Program-made: the position numbers and the translations under genes | The notes under the pieces: model-generated | Seen by the model: the letters and a program-made list of their open reading frames with translations, nothing else | The model's database searches: none | Told to the model about the DNA's origin: nothing | Source of the DNA: Eubacterium sp. CAG:180 | GTDB lineage: Bacteria; Bacillota; Clostridia; Oscillospirales; Acutalibacteraceae | Length of the DNA stretch: 64,000 bases | NCBI GenBank assembly: GCA_000432435.1 | Contig: HF993133.1 | Span: 55,428 to 119,427, forward strand | Reading direction: 5' to 3' | Shown here: positions 1 through 9,188 of the stretch, one piece after another | Numbering within the stretch: position 1 is the first letter of the stretch | Layout: every line of letters begins with the position of its first letter

Positions 1-87
1 AGTACCCCCGACGACTTTGTTGCCGGCGCAAACATTGCAGGTTTCTTAAAGGTAGCCGACGCGATGATGGCACAGGGTATAGTATAA
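1..87 (+). CDS. 3' end of an unidentified CDS running in from upstream (ends ...FVAGANIAGFLKVADAMMAQGIV*)
   Basis: Open frame from the window edge to a TAA at about position 87; a strong terminator follows. Product not recognised. Confidence 0.3.
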   Translation, partial: STPDDFVAGANIAGFLKVADAMMAQGIV

Positions 88-182
88 TTTATACGCAAAA
101 ACCAACTGGAGCCGCAGTCTTGGCTGAGTGTTTATGAGGCAGTTTTGCTTCAAAATAACATCTTTTGCACAATAACAAATTA

Positions 183-231
183 ACCCCTCAGATGAGCCGG
201 TCTCATCCGAGGGGTTATCTATTTTTTGTAT
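183..231 (+). terminator. Rho-independent terminator (GC-rich hairpin cccctcagatgag/ctcatccgagggg followed by a T-run)
   Basis: Inverted repeat with a 4-nt loop followed by tctatttttt, read directly from the sequence. Confidence 0.7.
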
Positions 232-459
232 CAAAAATACATCAATACATCATTTTGAAGTGCTCCGCAGTTTCGTAGCCGTAAAAATTTTTTATGCCGA
301 AGTCAGGAAACGAAGCAAGGCTGTCGCCTTGCGAGGCTTTTTGACAAAAGCATAAGGAATTTTTATGCGAGAAACCGAACTTCCTTATGAACGCTCAGCC
401 TTGAACTGCGGCTCCTTTTTTCTGCCCGAATTTACATTCGGCATAAATTAAATCGAATT

Positions 460-870
460 TTAATTGTTGTTCTTTTTAAATGCCGTGCAAAGCTCGTATG
501 TTACAATACCTGCCGTACCGACCGCAAAAATAATCACGGAAGCTGTGCCGCCGGCCGTCATGTGCGCGACCCCTGCCGCGTCAAAATCGGCGCCTGTGCC
601 GAGAAAACCGGCGATCAAAAAAATCATCGGCATTGAAAATGCGGGTATAACATACGTCTTTGACGGCAAGTCACGCATTATGACCGCAAATGCGAATGTA
701 ACGACAAACAGCAAGACGAGCATCGATACTGCCGCCGGTAAATCATTTTCATTACAAAATATCTCTTTTCTCACAAGCATACGCAAAAAGCCGAAAATGC
801 CGAGTGCCGCCTGAAAAAGCGCAGTCAGAGAAATAAGAGCCTTATCTCTTGTCTTTAACATTGTTATCAT
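460..870 (-). CDS. Small integral membrane protein, about 4 predicted TM helices, function unknown; paralog of the next gene
   Basis: 136 aa, hydrophobic segments. N-terminus MITMLKTRDKALISLTALFQA parallels MVFMLNTRDKILISLTAVLQA of ORF 895..1311. Confidence 0.6.
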   Translation of the reverse strand: MITMLKTRDKALISLTALFQAALGIFGFLRMLVRKEIFCNENDLPAAVSMLVLLFVVTFAFAVIMRDLPSKTYVIPAFSMPMIFLIAGFLGTGADFDAAGVAHMTAGGTASVIIFAVGTAGIVTYELCTAFKKNNN

Positions 871-894
871 CTCCTGTTGTTATATTGCAATGCC

Positions 895-1311
895 TCATTT
901 ATCGGCTTTTTTAAGCACGTGACGAAGCTCAATTACTATCGTGCATACGGTAATGACCGCAAAAGCGATAATTGCAATTACGCCTGCCGCCGTAAAACGC
1001 ACGTTCCAATCGGAATCGTATGCGGAACCCGCGAAACCGCATACCGCCGCCAGCTGAAACAGCAGAGGACAGCAAAGAGCCGGCAGGCTGTATATTTTAG
1101 CCGGCAAATTACGCATTATAACAGAGAAAATAACGGTTACGGCAAACAGTGCCGCAAGGCTTATTTCAAGCTCAAGCAGGTCGCTTTCGCCACCCGCGAT
1201 AAGAGTTTTCCACGCAAACATACGGTAAATAAAAACCGCGCCGTACACCGCCTGCAAAACCGCAGTCAGAGAAATTAAAATTTTATCTCTCGTATTTAAC
1301 ATAAATACCAA
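895..1311 (-). CDS. Small integral membrane protein, tandem paralog of 460..870
   Basis: 138 aa with the same architecture and conserved N-terminal motif. Carries the conserved motif IMRNLP.K.Y (IMRDLPSK in the 460..870 paralog). Confidence 0.6.
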   Translation of the reverse strand: MVFMLNTRDKILISLTAVLQAVYGAVFIYRMFAWKTLIAGGESDLLELEISLAALFAVTVIFSVIMRNLPAKIYSLPALCCPLLFQLAAVCGFAGSAYDSDWNVRFTAAGVIAIIAFAVITVCTIVIELRHVLKKADK

Positions 1312-1381
1312 CTCCTTATTTTATATTGAAAGGGAGTAACGCTTTTTTTGATTCGCTTTCCGATCACCTCCCGAAAAACGC

Positions 1382-1414
1382 AAAAAGAGCTGTGGGCAAA
1401 GGGTCCACAGCTCT
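1382..1414 (-). terminator. Terminator hairpin downstream of tatD (gagctgtgg..ccacagctc plus U-run on the minus strand)
   Basis: Perfect 9-bp inverted repeat flanked by an A-run (plus strand) / T-run (minus strand). Confidence 0.6.
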
Positions 1415-1566
1415 AAATCCTTGTTTACATTACACCGCACAGACCGCATTTGCCCCGACACACTCTTCCGCTTAAAGGCGTGTCATCTGTCTGTAATGTA
1501 TCATATAAAATGTCAGTTGTCAATAACTTTTTTGTTAAATTTGCACATAAAGTGTTTTGCCGTCGG

Positions 1567-2343
1567 TTAAACCAACGAACCTATGCGAAAGAGAGTGCGC
1601 GCGTTTTTATCGGTCTCAAAAAGCAGCTCTTCTACCGCTTCGCCCCTCACCGCAGCTATTTTTTCCGCGGTATAAGGAATCAAGAGCGATGTGCATCGTT
1701 TACCCCTGTAAGGCACGGGCGACATATACGGCGCGTCGGTTTCAAGCAAAAGCCTGTCCTTCGGCACAAAAGCCGCGACCTCTGCCGGCTTTACCGCATT
1801 TTTAAATGTGACCGCTCCGCCGAGGCCTATATACATACCGAGCTTTATAATCTCCTTTGCCGTCTCCACGCTCCCCGAAAAGCAGTGCACGACTCCGCGC
1901 GGACGGTGCTTTTTAAGCAAATTCAGCGTGTCCTCATGCGCTTCGCGGTCGTGAACTATAACGGGCAGCGACAGCTCATTTGCAAGCACAAGCTGTTTTT
2001 CGAATACCTCGAGCTGTTTTTCGCGGCTGTCTCTTTCGTAGTGATAATCGAGCCCGATTTCACCGATTGCCACCACCTTTTTTTGCGCGGCAAGCTTTTT
2101 TATATCGCCGCACCAGTCGGCGGTCAACGAATCGAGATTCAGCGCGTGGAAACCGACGGCGGCATAGATAAACGGATATTTTTCCGCAAGAGCTATCGAC
2201 TTCTCGCTCGTTATTATGTCCGTACCGCAGGTGACGACGCCCGATATACCGTTTTCGGGAAACGAAGACAGCAGCTCATCGCGGTCGCAGTCAAACTGCT
2301 CGTCCTCATAGTGCGCGTGCGTATCAAATATATTTTTATACAT
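1567..2343 (-). CDS. tatD: TatD-family metal-dependent DNase/hydrolase
   Basis: 258 aa. HAHYED.. N-terminal His motif, GEIGLDYHY and LETDAPY TatD signatures. Confidence 0.85.
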   Translation of the reverse strand: MYKNIFDTHAHYEDEQFDCDRDELLSSFPENGISGVVTCGTDIITSEKSIALAEKYPFIYAAVGFHALNLDSLTADWCGDIKKLAAQKKVVAIGEIGLDYHYERDSREKQLEVFEKQLVLANELSLPVIVHDREAHEDTLNLLKKHRPRGVVHCFSGSVETAKEIIKLGMYIGLGGAVTFKNAVKPAEVAAFVPKDRLLLETDAPYMSPVPYRGKRCTSLLIPYTAEKIAAVRGEAVEELLFETDKNARTLFRIGSLV

Positions 2344-4307
2344 TATCTTATTTTTGAGCCGTTCGGCATACTCTTGTCAACGAACACAACTTTAACATCG
2401 TCCTCGGAGCAGTCTGCGGCAAGTATCATACCGTTTGATTCCACTCCGCACAGCACCGCAGGCTTTAAGTTTGCGACAACAACCACCTTTTTGCCTACAA
2501 GGTCCTCGGGCGCATACCATTTTGCGATACCGCTCGCCACGGTTCTGTCCTTGCCCGTGCCGTCATCGAGCGTGAGCTTTAACAGCTTTTTCGCTTTCGG
2601 AACCTTTTCGCACGACTTGACCTCGGCCACGCGAAGCTCAACCTTTGCGAAATCGTCAATGCCTATCTCGGCAACGCCCTCAAGCGAATTTATCATTTTC
2701 TTTTCGGCCTTCTGCTGCTCCTTCTGCTTGGCGGTCAGCTCCTCTATGAGCTTTTCACCGTCTATACGGTTAAACAGCGGCGTGGGAGTTCCCACTTTTT
2801 CACCAGACTTTAACGTGCCGAAGGCTTTGAGGCTCTCGTACGAGCGTTCGTTTGTGCCTATCTGCTCAAATATTTTTTCTGCCGTATCGGGCATAAACGG
2901 AGTTAAGAGCACCGCAAGGAAACGTATACCCTCAAGCAAATTGTAAAGCACCGTGCCGAGTCTGCCCTTTTTGCTCTCGTCCTTTGCGAGTGCCCAGGGC
3001 GTAGTCTCGTCGATATACTTATTAAGGCGGCGTGCAAGAGTGAGAATGTTCTCCGTAGCGTCGCTTATCTTGTATTCGTCAAAGCACCTGTCAACCTCAG
3101 CCACGGTCTTCAAAGCAAGCGATGATATTTCGTCGTCAAGCGGCTCTTTGTCGGCGGGAGCGGCAATTACGCCGTCAAAATATTTATTCTGCATGGCAAC
3201 GGTTCTGTTAACAAGGTTGCCTATGGTGTTGGCAAGGTCGGAATTGTATCTCTCGATAAGTGATTCGTACGTTATGGAGCCGTCCTGCGCGTGTGGCATC
3301 TCGGAGAGAAGATAGTAACGCACCGCGTCAACGCCGAAATCCTTTACAAGGTCGTCGGCATAAATGACGTTTCCGCGGGATTTTGACATTTTATCCTCGC
3401 CGAAAAGCAGCCACGGGTGACCGTATACCTGCTTCGGAAGAGGCTCGCCGAGAGCCATAAGCATAATCGGCCAGTAAATGGTGTGGAATCTCACAATATC
3501 CTTGCCTATGATATGAACATCGGCAGGCCAATACTTTTTATACATATCGCTTGAGCCGTCGGGATCGTAGCCGAGCGCCGTGATATAGTTTGAAAGTGCG
3601 TCTATCCAAACATAGATGACGTGATTCGGGTCAAACGTCACGGGAATGCCCCATTTAAATGACGTTCTCGAAACGCACAAATCCTGAAGTCCGGGTTTAA
3701 TAAAGTTGTTGAGCATCTCTTTTTTGCGAGCTTCGGGATAAATGAAATCGTCGTGGCTCTCGATGTAGTCCTCAAGCTGCTTCTGATATTTTGAAAGGCG
3801 CAGGAAATACGCCTCCTCTTTTGCCTTTTTAACCTCTCTGCCGCAGTCGGGGCACTTGCCGTCTACAAGCTGGCTCTCGGTCCAAAAGCTCTCGCACGGG
3901 GTGCAGTACATTCCCTCGTACTCGCTCTTGTATATATCGCCCTGTTCATAGAGCTTTTTGAAAATCTTTGCAACTATTTTTTCGTGGTACGGGTCGGTGG
4001 TTCTTATGAACTTATCATATGTGGTGTTAAGTACGTCGCAAATGGCGCGTATTTCGCCCGACACCTTATCGACATACTCCTTAGGAGACACACCGGCCTC
4101 TTTTGCATATTCTTCAATCTTCTGCCCGTGCTCGTCCGTTCCCGTAAGGAAAAACACATCGTAGCCCTGAAGTCTTTTGTATCTCGCTATTGCATCGGTC
4201 AAAACTATTTCATAGCTGTTGCCGATATGCGGCTTACGCGAAGTGTACGCAATAGCCGTAGTTATATAGAATTTAGGTTTTTCGCTCAAAGTACAAACCC
4301 CTTTCAA
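2343..4307 (-). CDS. metG: Methionyl-tRNA synthetase with C-terminal tRNA-binding (EMAPII-like) domain
   Basis: 654 aa. HIGNSY (HIGH) and KMSKSRGN (KMSKS) class-I motifs, CPDC zinc knuckle, C-terminal Trbp111-like domain. Confidence 0.95.
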   Translation of the reverse strand: MKGVCTLSEKPKFYITTAIAYTSRKPHIGNSYEIVLTDAIARYKRLQGYDVFFLTGTDEHGQKIEEYAKEAGVSPKEYVDKVSGEIRAICDVLNTTYDKFIRTTDPYHEKIVAKIFKKLYEQGDIYKSEYEGMYCTPCESFWTESQLVDGKCPDCGREVKKAKEEAYFLRLSKYQKQLEDYIESHDDFIYPEARKKEMLNNFIKPGLQDLCVSRTSFKWGIPVTFDPNHVIYVWIDALSNYITALGYDPDGSSDMYKKYWPADVHIIGKDIVRFHTIYWPIMLMALGEPLPKQVYGHPWLLFGEDKMSKSRGNVIYADDLVKDFGVDAVRYYLLSEMPHAQDGSITYESLIERYNSDLANTIGNLVNRTVAMQNKYFDGVIAAPADKEPLDDEISSLALKTVAEVDRCFDEYKISDATENILTLARRLNKYIDETTPWALAKDESKKGRLGTVLYNLLEGIRFLAVLLTPFMPDTAEKIFEQIGTNERSYESLKAFGTLKSGEKVGTPTPLFNRIDGEKLIEELTAKQKEQQKAEKKMINSLEGVAEIGIDDFAKVELRVAEVKSCEKVPKAKKLLKLTLDDGTGKDRTVASGIAKWYAPEDLVGKKVVVVANLKPAVLCGVESNGMILAADCSEDDVKVVFVDKSMPNGSKIR

Positions 4308-4314
4308 ATAATAT

Positions 4315-5169
4315 TTATATAAGACCGTTTTGCTGCTTTGCGGCGGTAACGGTGTTTTTAAGAAGTGTCGCTATTGTCATTGGGCCTACGCCGCCCGGAA
4401 CGGGAGTTATGTAAGACGCCTTTTTGCTTACCTCGGCAAAATCCACGTCGCCGCAGAGCTTGCCCTCGCTGTTTCTGTCCATACCTACGTCTATAACCAC
4501 CGCACCGTCCTTTACCATATCGGCGGTTACAAAGTACGGCTTACCGACGGCGGCAACAAGAATGTCGGCGCGACGTGTAACCTCTTTGAGATTTTTCGTC
4601 TTAGAGTGGCAAATCGTAACGGTGCCGTTCTGCTGAAGCAGCAGCATAGCCATCGGCTTACCCACAATATTGCTTCTGCCTACAACGACACATTCCTTGC
4701 CGCAGACATCGATATTGTAATATTTCAGCATTTCCATAATTCCGGCAGGCGTACACGGCAAAAACGTGTGGTCGCCTATCATAATATGCCCGACGTTTTC
4801 TGCGCTAAAGGCGTCAACGTCCTTTTTCGGCGAGATTGCCTTTATCACAAGCTCGTCAGAAAGTCCCTTCGGCAGCGGCAGCTGACAGAGTATGCCGTTT
4901 ACCTCTCTGTCATTATTAAGCTCGTCTATAAGTGCGAGCAGCTCCGCCATAGACGTATCTGCCGGCAAAGCATATTCGCGCGAGATTATACCTACGGCCT
5001 CGCACGCCTTTTTCTTATTGTTTACGTATGTCCTTGAGGCGGGATCGTCGCCCACTATTATAACAGCAAGGCAAACGGAAACGCCTTTTTCCTTTAATTC
5101 AAGGCACTCCTTTTTTATACCGTCCTTCAAAAAGGCAGAAACGGCTTTACCGTCAATTATCGTCGCCAT
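4315..5169 (-). CDS. folD: Bifunctional methylenetetrahydrofolate dehydrogenase/methenyl-THF cyclohydrolase
   Basis: 284 aa. MATIIDGKA... typical FolD N-terminus, GKPMAMLL..NGTVTICHSKT motif. Confidence 0.92.
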   Translation of the reverse strand: MATIIDGKAVSAFLKDGIKKECLELKEKGVSVCLAVIIVGDDPASRTYVNNKKKACEAVGIISREYALPADTSMAELLALIDELNNDREVNGILCQLPLPKGLSDELVIKAISPKKDVDAFSAENVGHIMIGDHTFLPCTPAGIMEMLKYYNIDVCGKECVVVGRSNIVGKPMAMLLLQQNGTVTICHSKTKNLKEVTRRADILVAAVGKPYFVTADMVKDGAVVIDVGMDRNSEGKLCGDVDFAEVSKKASYITPVPGGVGPMTIATLLKNTVTAAKQQNGLI

Positions 5170-6190
5170 CGTTTTTGCGCTCCTTTTGTCTCATCATCTC
5201 GCGGCGTTTTTCCGCGCTGATTTTATTTTTCTTTTTATCCTCCTTGCCGTCCTTTAACGCGTCCGATTTTTCGGCATCCTCGCGCACCTCTACGGGTGAA
5301 AACGGCTTGGGATGTTTTTTCAGCGAAACAAGCTTTGCCGTAAGTATCGCAAAGCAAACGACAGCTATAACCATTGACAAAAGCTGTGAAACACGAAGAT
5401 TTGACGAGCCTATATAAAGACTGTCCGTGCGAAGTCCCTCGACCACCGCTCTCTCCGCTCCGTATATAACGCCGTAGCAAAGTATGAGCTGCCCGCTGAA
5501 TTTGTAGAATTTGCGACAAATGATATATATTACCAAAAAGCCCAAAAGGCACCATACGGATTCATACAGGAACGTCGGGTGAACGGGAACATTCGGAGAC
5601 ATCTCTATGCCCTTTGCCCTGAACAGAGCCTGATTTGACACTATGTAATCGACAACCTTGGAGCTTGTCATGCCCCACGGCATTGTCGTATTTGTACCGA
5701 ACGCCTCTTGATTTGCATAATTGCCCCATCTGCCGATGCCCTGGCCTATCAAAAAGCTCATTCCGGCAAGGTCAAGCAGCTTTAAAAAGTCCATTTTATC
5801 AACCTTACAGGTTATGGCTGCGGCGATTATTCCGCCGATAAGTCCGCCGTAGATTGCAAGCCCGCCGTTCCAAATTTTCGGAATTTCCGAAAGATTTTGG
5901 CTGTAATAATCCCACTCAAAGGCTACATAGTAAAGCCTTGCGCCTATAATTCCGCCTATCGTTCCGTACAGCAGCACGTCAAGCATTTTGTTTAAATCCA
6001 TCTTCCACTTGTAAGCCATTCTGCCGCCGAAAAGCACCGCGAGCAAAAAGCCGAACGCTATAATAAGCCCGTAGAATTTAATACTGAACACGGAAGAACC
6101 GATATTGAACTCTACAAAGGTCGAATACACATTGAACGTGTGGTCTATTCCGGTAAATTTTACCGCCGTGCCGTCGGTCAAAAAAGTCAT
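5153..6190 (-). CDS. lgt: Prolipoprotein diacylglyceryl transferase with a lysine/glutamate-rich C-terminal tail
   Basis: 345 aa, multi-TM. Lgt signature G.RLYYV...NGGLAIYGGLIGG; about 55-aa charged C-terminal extension. Confidence 0.88.
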   Translation of the reverse strand: MTFLTDGTAVKFTGIDHTFNVYSTFVEFNIGSSVFSIKFYGLIIAFGFLLAVLFGGRMAYKWKMDLNKMLDVLLYGTIGGIIGARLYYVAFEWDYYSQNLSEIPKIWNGGLAIYGGLIGGIIAAAITCKVDKMDFLKLLDLAGMSFLIGQGIGRWGNYANQEAFGTNTTMPWGMTSSKVVDYIVSNQALFRAKGIEMSPNVPVHPTFLYESVWCLLGFLVIYIICRKFYKFSGQLILCYGVIYGAERAVVEGLRTDSLYIGSSNLRVSQLLSMVIAVVCFAILTAKLVSLKKHPKPFSPVEVREDAEKSDALKDGKEDKKKNKISAEKRREMMRQKERKNDGDDN

Positions 6191-6205
6191 ATCTTCTTTT
6201 CTCCT

Positions 6206-7483
6206 TTAATTGCTCTTTATAACCGAGAGCACGCAGTTTTCGGTGTCAACGGAGCTTAAAAGTCTCTTTTCAACATCTTCCTTGGTGAGATTTTCAAGCA
6301 CCTCCATTCCCGAGAAAACGGTCTCTCCGTTAAAGGTCGCCGATACCATCTCGTTGGCAATAGACTCTATATCGTTAAAATCGAACACCGCTCTGCCATA
6401 CAGCTTGCGGCGTATGCGCTCGAAGTCCTTTTCGTCCACGCCGTCCCTTTTAAGCTCGTTTATCTTACCGGAGATCAGCTCTCTAACTTTTTCGGGATCG
6501 CGGCTCTCGCCGGAATATATCTGGCAGGCATAGCCGTAGCCCTCAAAAAATTCAAAGCCGAATGCGGTGTTTATAAGCCCGTCGGAGAGCATATCGGAAT
6601 AAAGCTTTGACGTCTTGCCGACAACAAGCTCAAGAATTATATTACTGCATATAACGTCTTTAAGACTGCGCTCAGGGGTTTTAACATCCTCCTTGTAGCC
6701 GAGTGCAAAAACCGGCGTGGCTACGGGTAAATACTCCTCCACGTAGCTTTCGCAGACCTCTTTCGGCTCCTCGTGGAATTTTCTCTCAATCTTTTTTTCG
6801 GGCTGCTTTTTAAGCACCTTGTCAGCTACGGACAAAACCGTGTCAACATCAACATTGCCCGCGACGCAGAGCACCATATTCGAAAGATTGTAAAAGGTGC
6901 CGTAGCATTTGTAGAGCAGCTCCGCCGTTATGTGAGATATAGACTCCACGGTTCCGGCAATGTCTATTCTCACGGGATGCTTTTTGTACATTCCGCGGAG
7001 CATACCGAAGAGCACCTCCCAGGAGGGCTCGTCCTGACACATTTTAATTTCCTGACCGATTATGCCCTGTTCTTTTTCAACTGTTTCGGGCGTAAAATAC
7101 GGATGGGTTACAAAGTCGAGTAAAATTTCGAGAGAGCCCTTAAAGTCGCCCGAGCATGAAAACAGATAACAGGTCTTATCAAAGCTCGTATATGCGTTTG
7201 CGCTTGCACCCGTTGCGGCGTAACGCTGAAATGCGTCGAGATCCTCGCTCTCAAAAAGCTTGTGCTCAAGAAAATGCGCTATACCCTCAGGTACTTCGGT
7301 AAACTCTTTTTCGCCCGAAAGCTTAAACTGCGTATCTATGGAGCCGTAGCGCGTACCGAACATGGCATATGACGACGCATAGTTCTTTTTTGGATACACA
7401 AGAATTTTAAGCCCCGACTGATGTTTTATTTCGTAATAGCTCTCACCGAGCTTTTCGTTTTTGATTTCTGTGACGTTATTCAT
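6206..7483 (-). CDS. M16-family zinc peptidase (insulinase-like), catalytically competent subunit
   Basis: Inverted zinc motif HFLEH (HxxEH) near the N-terminus. Start placed at the internal MNNVTEIK, which abuts the stop of the upstream gene. Confidence 0.85.
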   Translation of the reverse strand: MNNVTEIKNEKLGESYYEIKHQSGLKILVYPKKNYASSYAMFGTRYGSIDTQFKLSGEKEFTEVPEGIAHFLEHKLFESEDLDAFQRYAATGASANAYTSFDKTCYLFSCSGDFKGSLEILLDFVTHPYFTPETVEKEQGIIGQEIKMCQDEPSWEVLFGMLRGMYKKHPVRIDIAGTVESISHITAELLYKCYGTFYNLSNMVLCVAGNVDVDTVLSVADKVLKKQPEKKIERKFHEEPKEVCESYVEEYLPVATPVFALGYKEDVKTPERSLKDVICSNIILELVVGKTSKLYSDMLSDGLINTAFGFEFFEGYGYACQIYSGESRDPEKVRELISGKINELKRDGVDEKDFERIRRKLYGRAVFDFNDIESIANEMVSATFNGETVFSGMEVLENLTKEDVEKRLLSSVDTENCVLSVIKSN

Positions 7484-8765
7484 CTGCGCCGTCCTCCTTA
7501 TCCGTTCCCGCAAGCATATAAACGGTATCGAGCGAGAGCGCGCAAGCCGTTTTCTTGACGTCGTCCCTTGTGACAGCAAGGAAGTTTTCTATTGCCTCAT
7601 CCGGTGTTACTATATCGCCCGTCAGCTGCGTGCCGTAATATATGTCAAGCGCATCGGGAGTATCGTTGAAGCTGCGGTATGCGTCGCATATGGCTTTTTT
7701 GGAGGCTTCAAAATCCTCGTCCGAAAATTCGCCGTTCTTCATAATGTCAAGCTGCCTGTTTATTTCATCAAGCACCTTTTGCCTGTTTTCTTTTTCGATT
7801 CCGCTCTGTATAACGATTATGCCCTTGCCTCTTATAAGCCTTGCCGAGCAATAATAGCAAAGGCTGAGCTTTTCGCGTACATTCATAAAAAGTCTCGAAT
7901 ACGGGCCGCCGCCGAAAACGTCCGTCATAATGCGGCGCGAATAAAAGTCGTCGTTTTCATCGGTCATACCGCCTCTGAAGCCGAGAACAAGCTTGCTCTG
8001 ATTCATGGTAAGCTCCTCGGTAAGCTCGGTTAAATCCTCCGCCTCTTCGACAAAAACGGTCTCCGGCTCATACGGCGTTCTCTCGCCGACGTCCGAAAAA
8101 GCCTCGCGTAATTTCTTTTTACAATCGTCCTCCGAAATATTGCCTATGGCGTTCAGCTGAATTATGCCGTTTTTCAGCATAAATTTCCACGCGGCAAGCA
8201 GCGATTGCGGAGTGACCTTTTTCACGTTTTCGAGAATTTCGTTTTTGGTAAGTCCGTAGATTTCGTCGGCACACATCGTCTCGAGCATACGAGTCATCGC
8301 ATATGAACGTTTATCGTTGATTTCACTCTCAATGTCCTCTGCGGTAAGACGTATTTCCGTTGACAGCTGCTCCGGTGAAAATCCGTTTTCGTCCGCCGAC
8401 GGTTTTGTAAGAAGCGACAAAAGCAACTCCAGCGACGCGCCCGTGACGCTCTTGCCGTCAAAGGTGAGACTGTCGTCTATGCAGGTTATCGAAAGCTGTA
8501 TACGATAATTCTCGCCGTGTCTTGAAATGCTGCCCGACAAAAGTGCGCCGTAAAGCTCCTCCAAGCGTGAGTTCAGCTTTATAAGCGAATCGTATTTTTT
8601 TGACGAATGCACCAAATACGATGACAGCACGGCATATTCGGCCGCATATTCACCCATCGGCACCAACACGTTAAGCGTAAGGCACGCCGTTTTGAACATA
8701 TCGGTTTTTACGGTCAAAAGCCTTATTTTATCTTCGGTAACAGAAAGCTTTGGAGTAATTTCCAT
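7476..8765 (-). CDS. M16-family peptidase-like protein lacking the HxxEH motif (likely non-catalytic partner subunit)
   Basis: M16 fold features without a zinc motif. Start placed at MEITPKL, preceded by a ggagg RBS. Paired with the adjacent M16 gene, as in YmfF/YmfH-type pairs. Confidence 0.75.
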   Translation of the reverse strand: MEITPKLSVTEDKIRLLTVKTDMFKTACLTLNVLVPMGEYAAEYAVLSSYLVHSSKKYDSLIKLNSRLEELYGALLSGSISRHGENYRIQLSITCIDDSLTFDGKSVTGASLELLLSLLTKPSADENGFSPEQLSTEIRLTAEDIESEINDKRSYAMTRMLETMCADEIYGLTKNEILENVKKVTPQSLLAAWKFMLKNGIIQLNAIGNISEDDCKKKLREAFSDVGERTPYEPETVFVEEAEDLTELTEELTMNQSKLVLGFRGGMTDENDDFYSRRIMTDVFGGGPYSRLFMNVREKLSLCYYCSARLIRGKGIIVIQSGIEKENRQKVLDEINRQLDIMKNGEFSDEDFEASKKAICDAYRSFNDTPDALDIYYGTQLTGDIVTPDEAIENFLAVTRDDVKKTACALSLDTVYMLAGTDKEDGADE

Positions 8766-9097
8766 ATTGCGAGAACGCCTCCGAAATAGTTTTTTGAAAG
8801 CACCTCGCCCCGAGTGCTGTTTTTCTCGCGGCAAGGCACGGCTTTTAAAGCCTATAATTATTTATTATTGTATCATATAAGCGTCAAAAATTCCACAGCT
8901 TTATAAAAAATTTAATTACCGCAATTCCAAAAATCCGCAGTATTTTTATTTTTTTCGCGACGGCAAACAAAATCAGCTTTTTGAAGTTAATAATCACATT
9001 GAACACGTGCGGCTTATGATGTTCAAGCAGACATTGTTAAAAAATAAACAAATGCGTGATAAAGTGTATTAAATCGGCGAAACAGGCTTAGTTCGGT

Positions 9098-9125
9098 TTA
9101 CAAAAAAATATATTTATGCTATAAT
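9098..9125 (+). promoter_or_regulatory. Sigma-A-type promoter for the radical SAM gene (TTTACA, 16-nt spacer, extended -10 TGcTATAAT)
   Basis: Read directly from the sequence. About 55-nt leader with a small hairpin (aatgcgg..ccgcatt) and ggagga RBS before the ATG at 9189. Confidence 0.55.
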
Positions 9126-9188
9126 TACGGCACAAAATGCGGCAAAATAATATTAACTATACCGCATTCCACGGAGGACTTACGAATT

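Noticed and set aside
460-1311. Possibility that the tandem 4-TM proteins are a Fluc/CrcB fluoride channel pair with a fluoride riboswitch nearby
   Set aside because: Neither protein has the CrcB GGxTTFSTF signature, and no crcB-motif RNA consensus is evident in the flanking sequence.
1450-2946. 498-aa plus-strand ORF
   Set aside because: Entirely antisense to the well-supported tatD and metG genes. Low-complexity Ser/Ala/Phe-rich translation. Typical shadow ORF.
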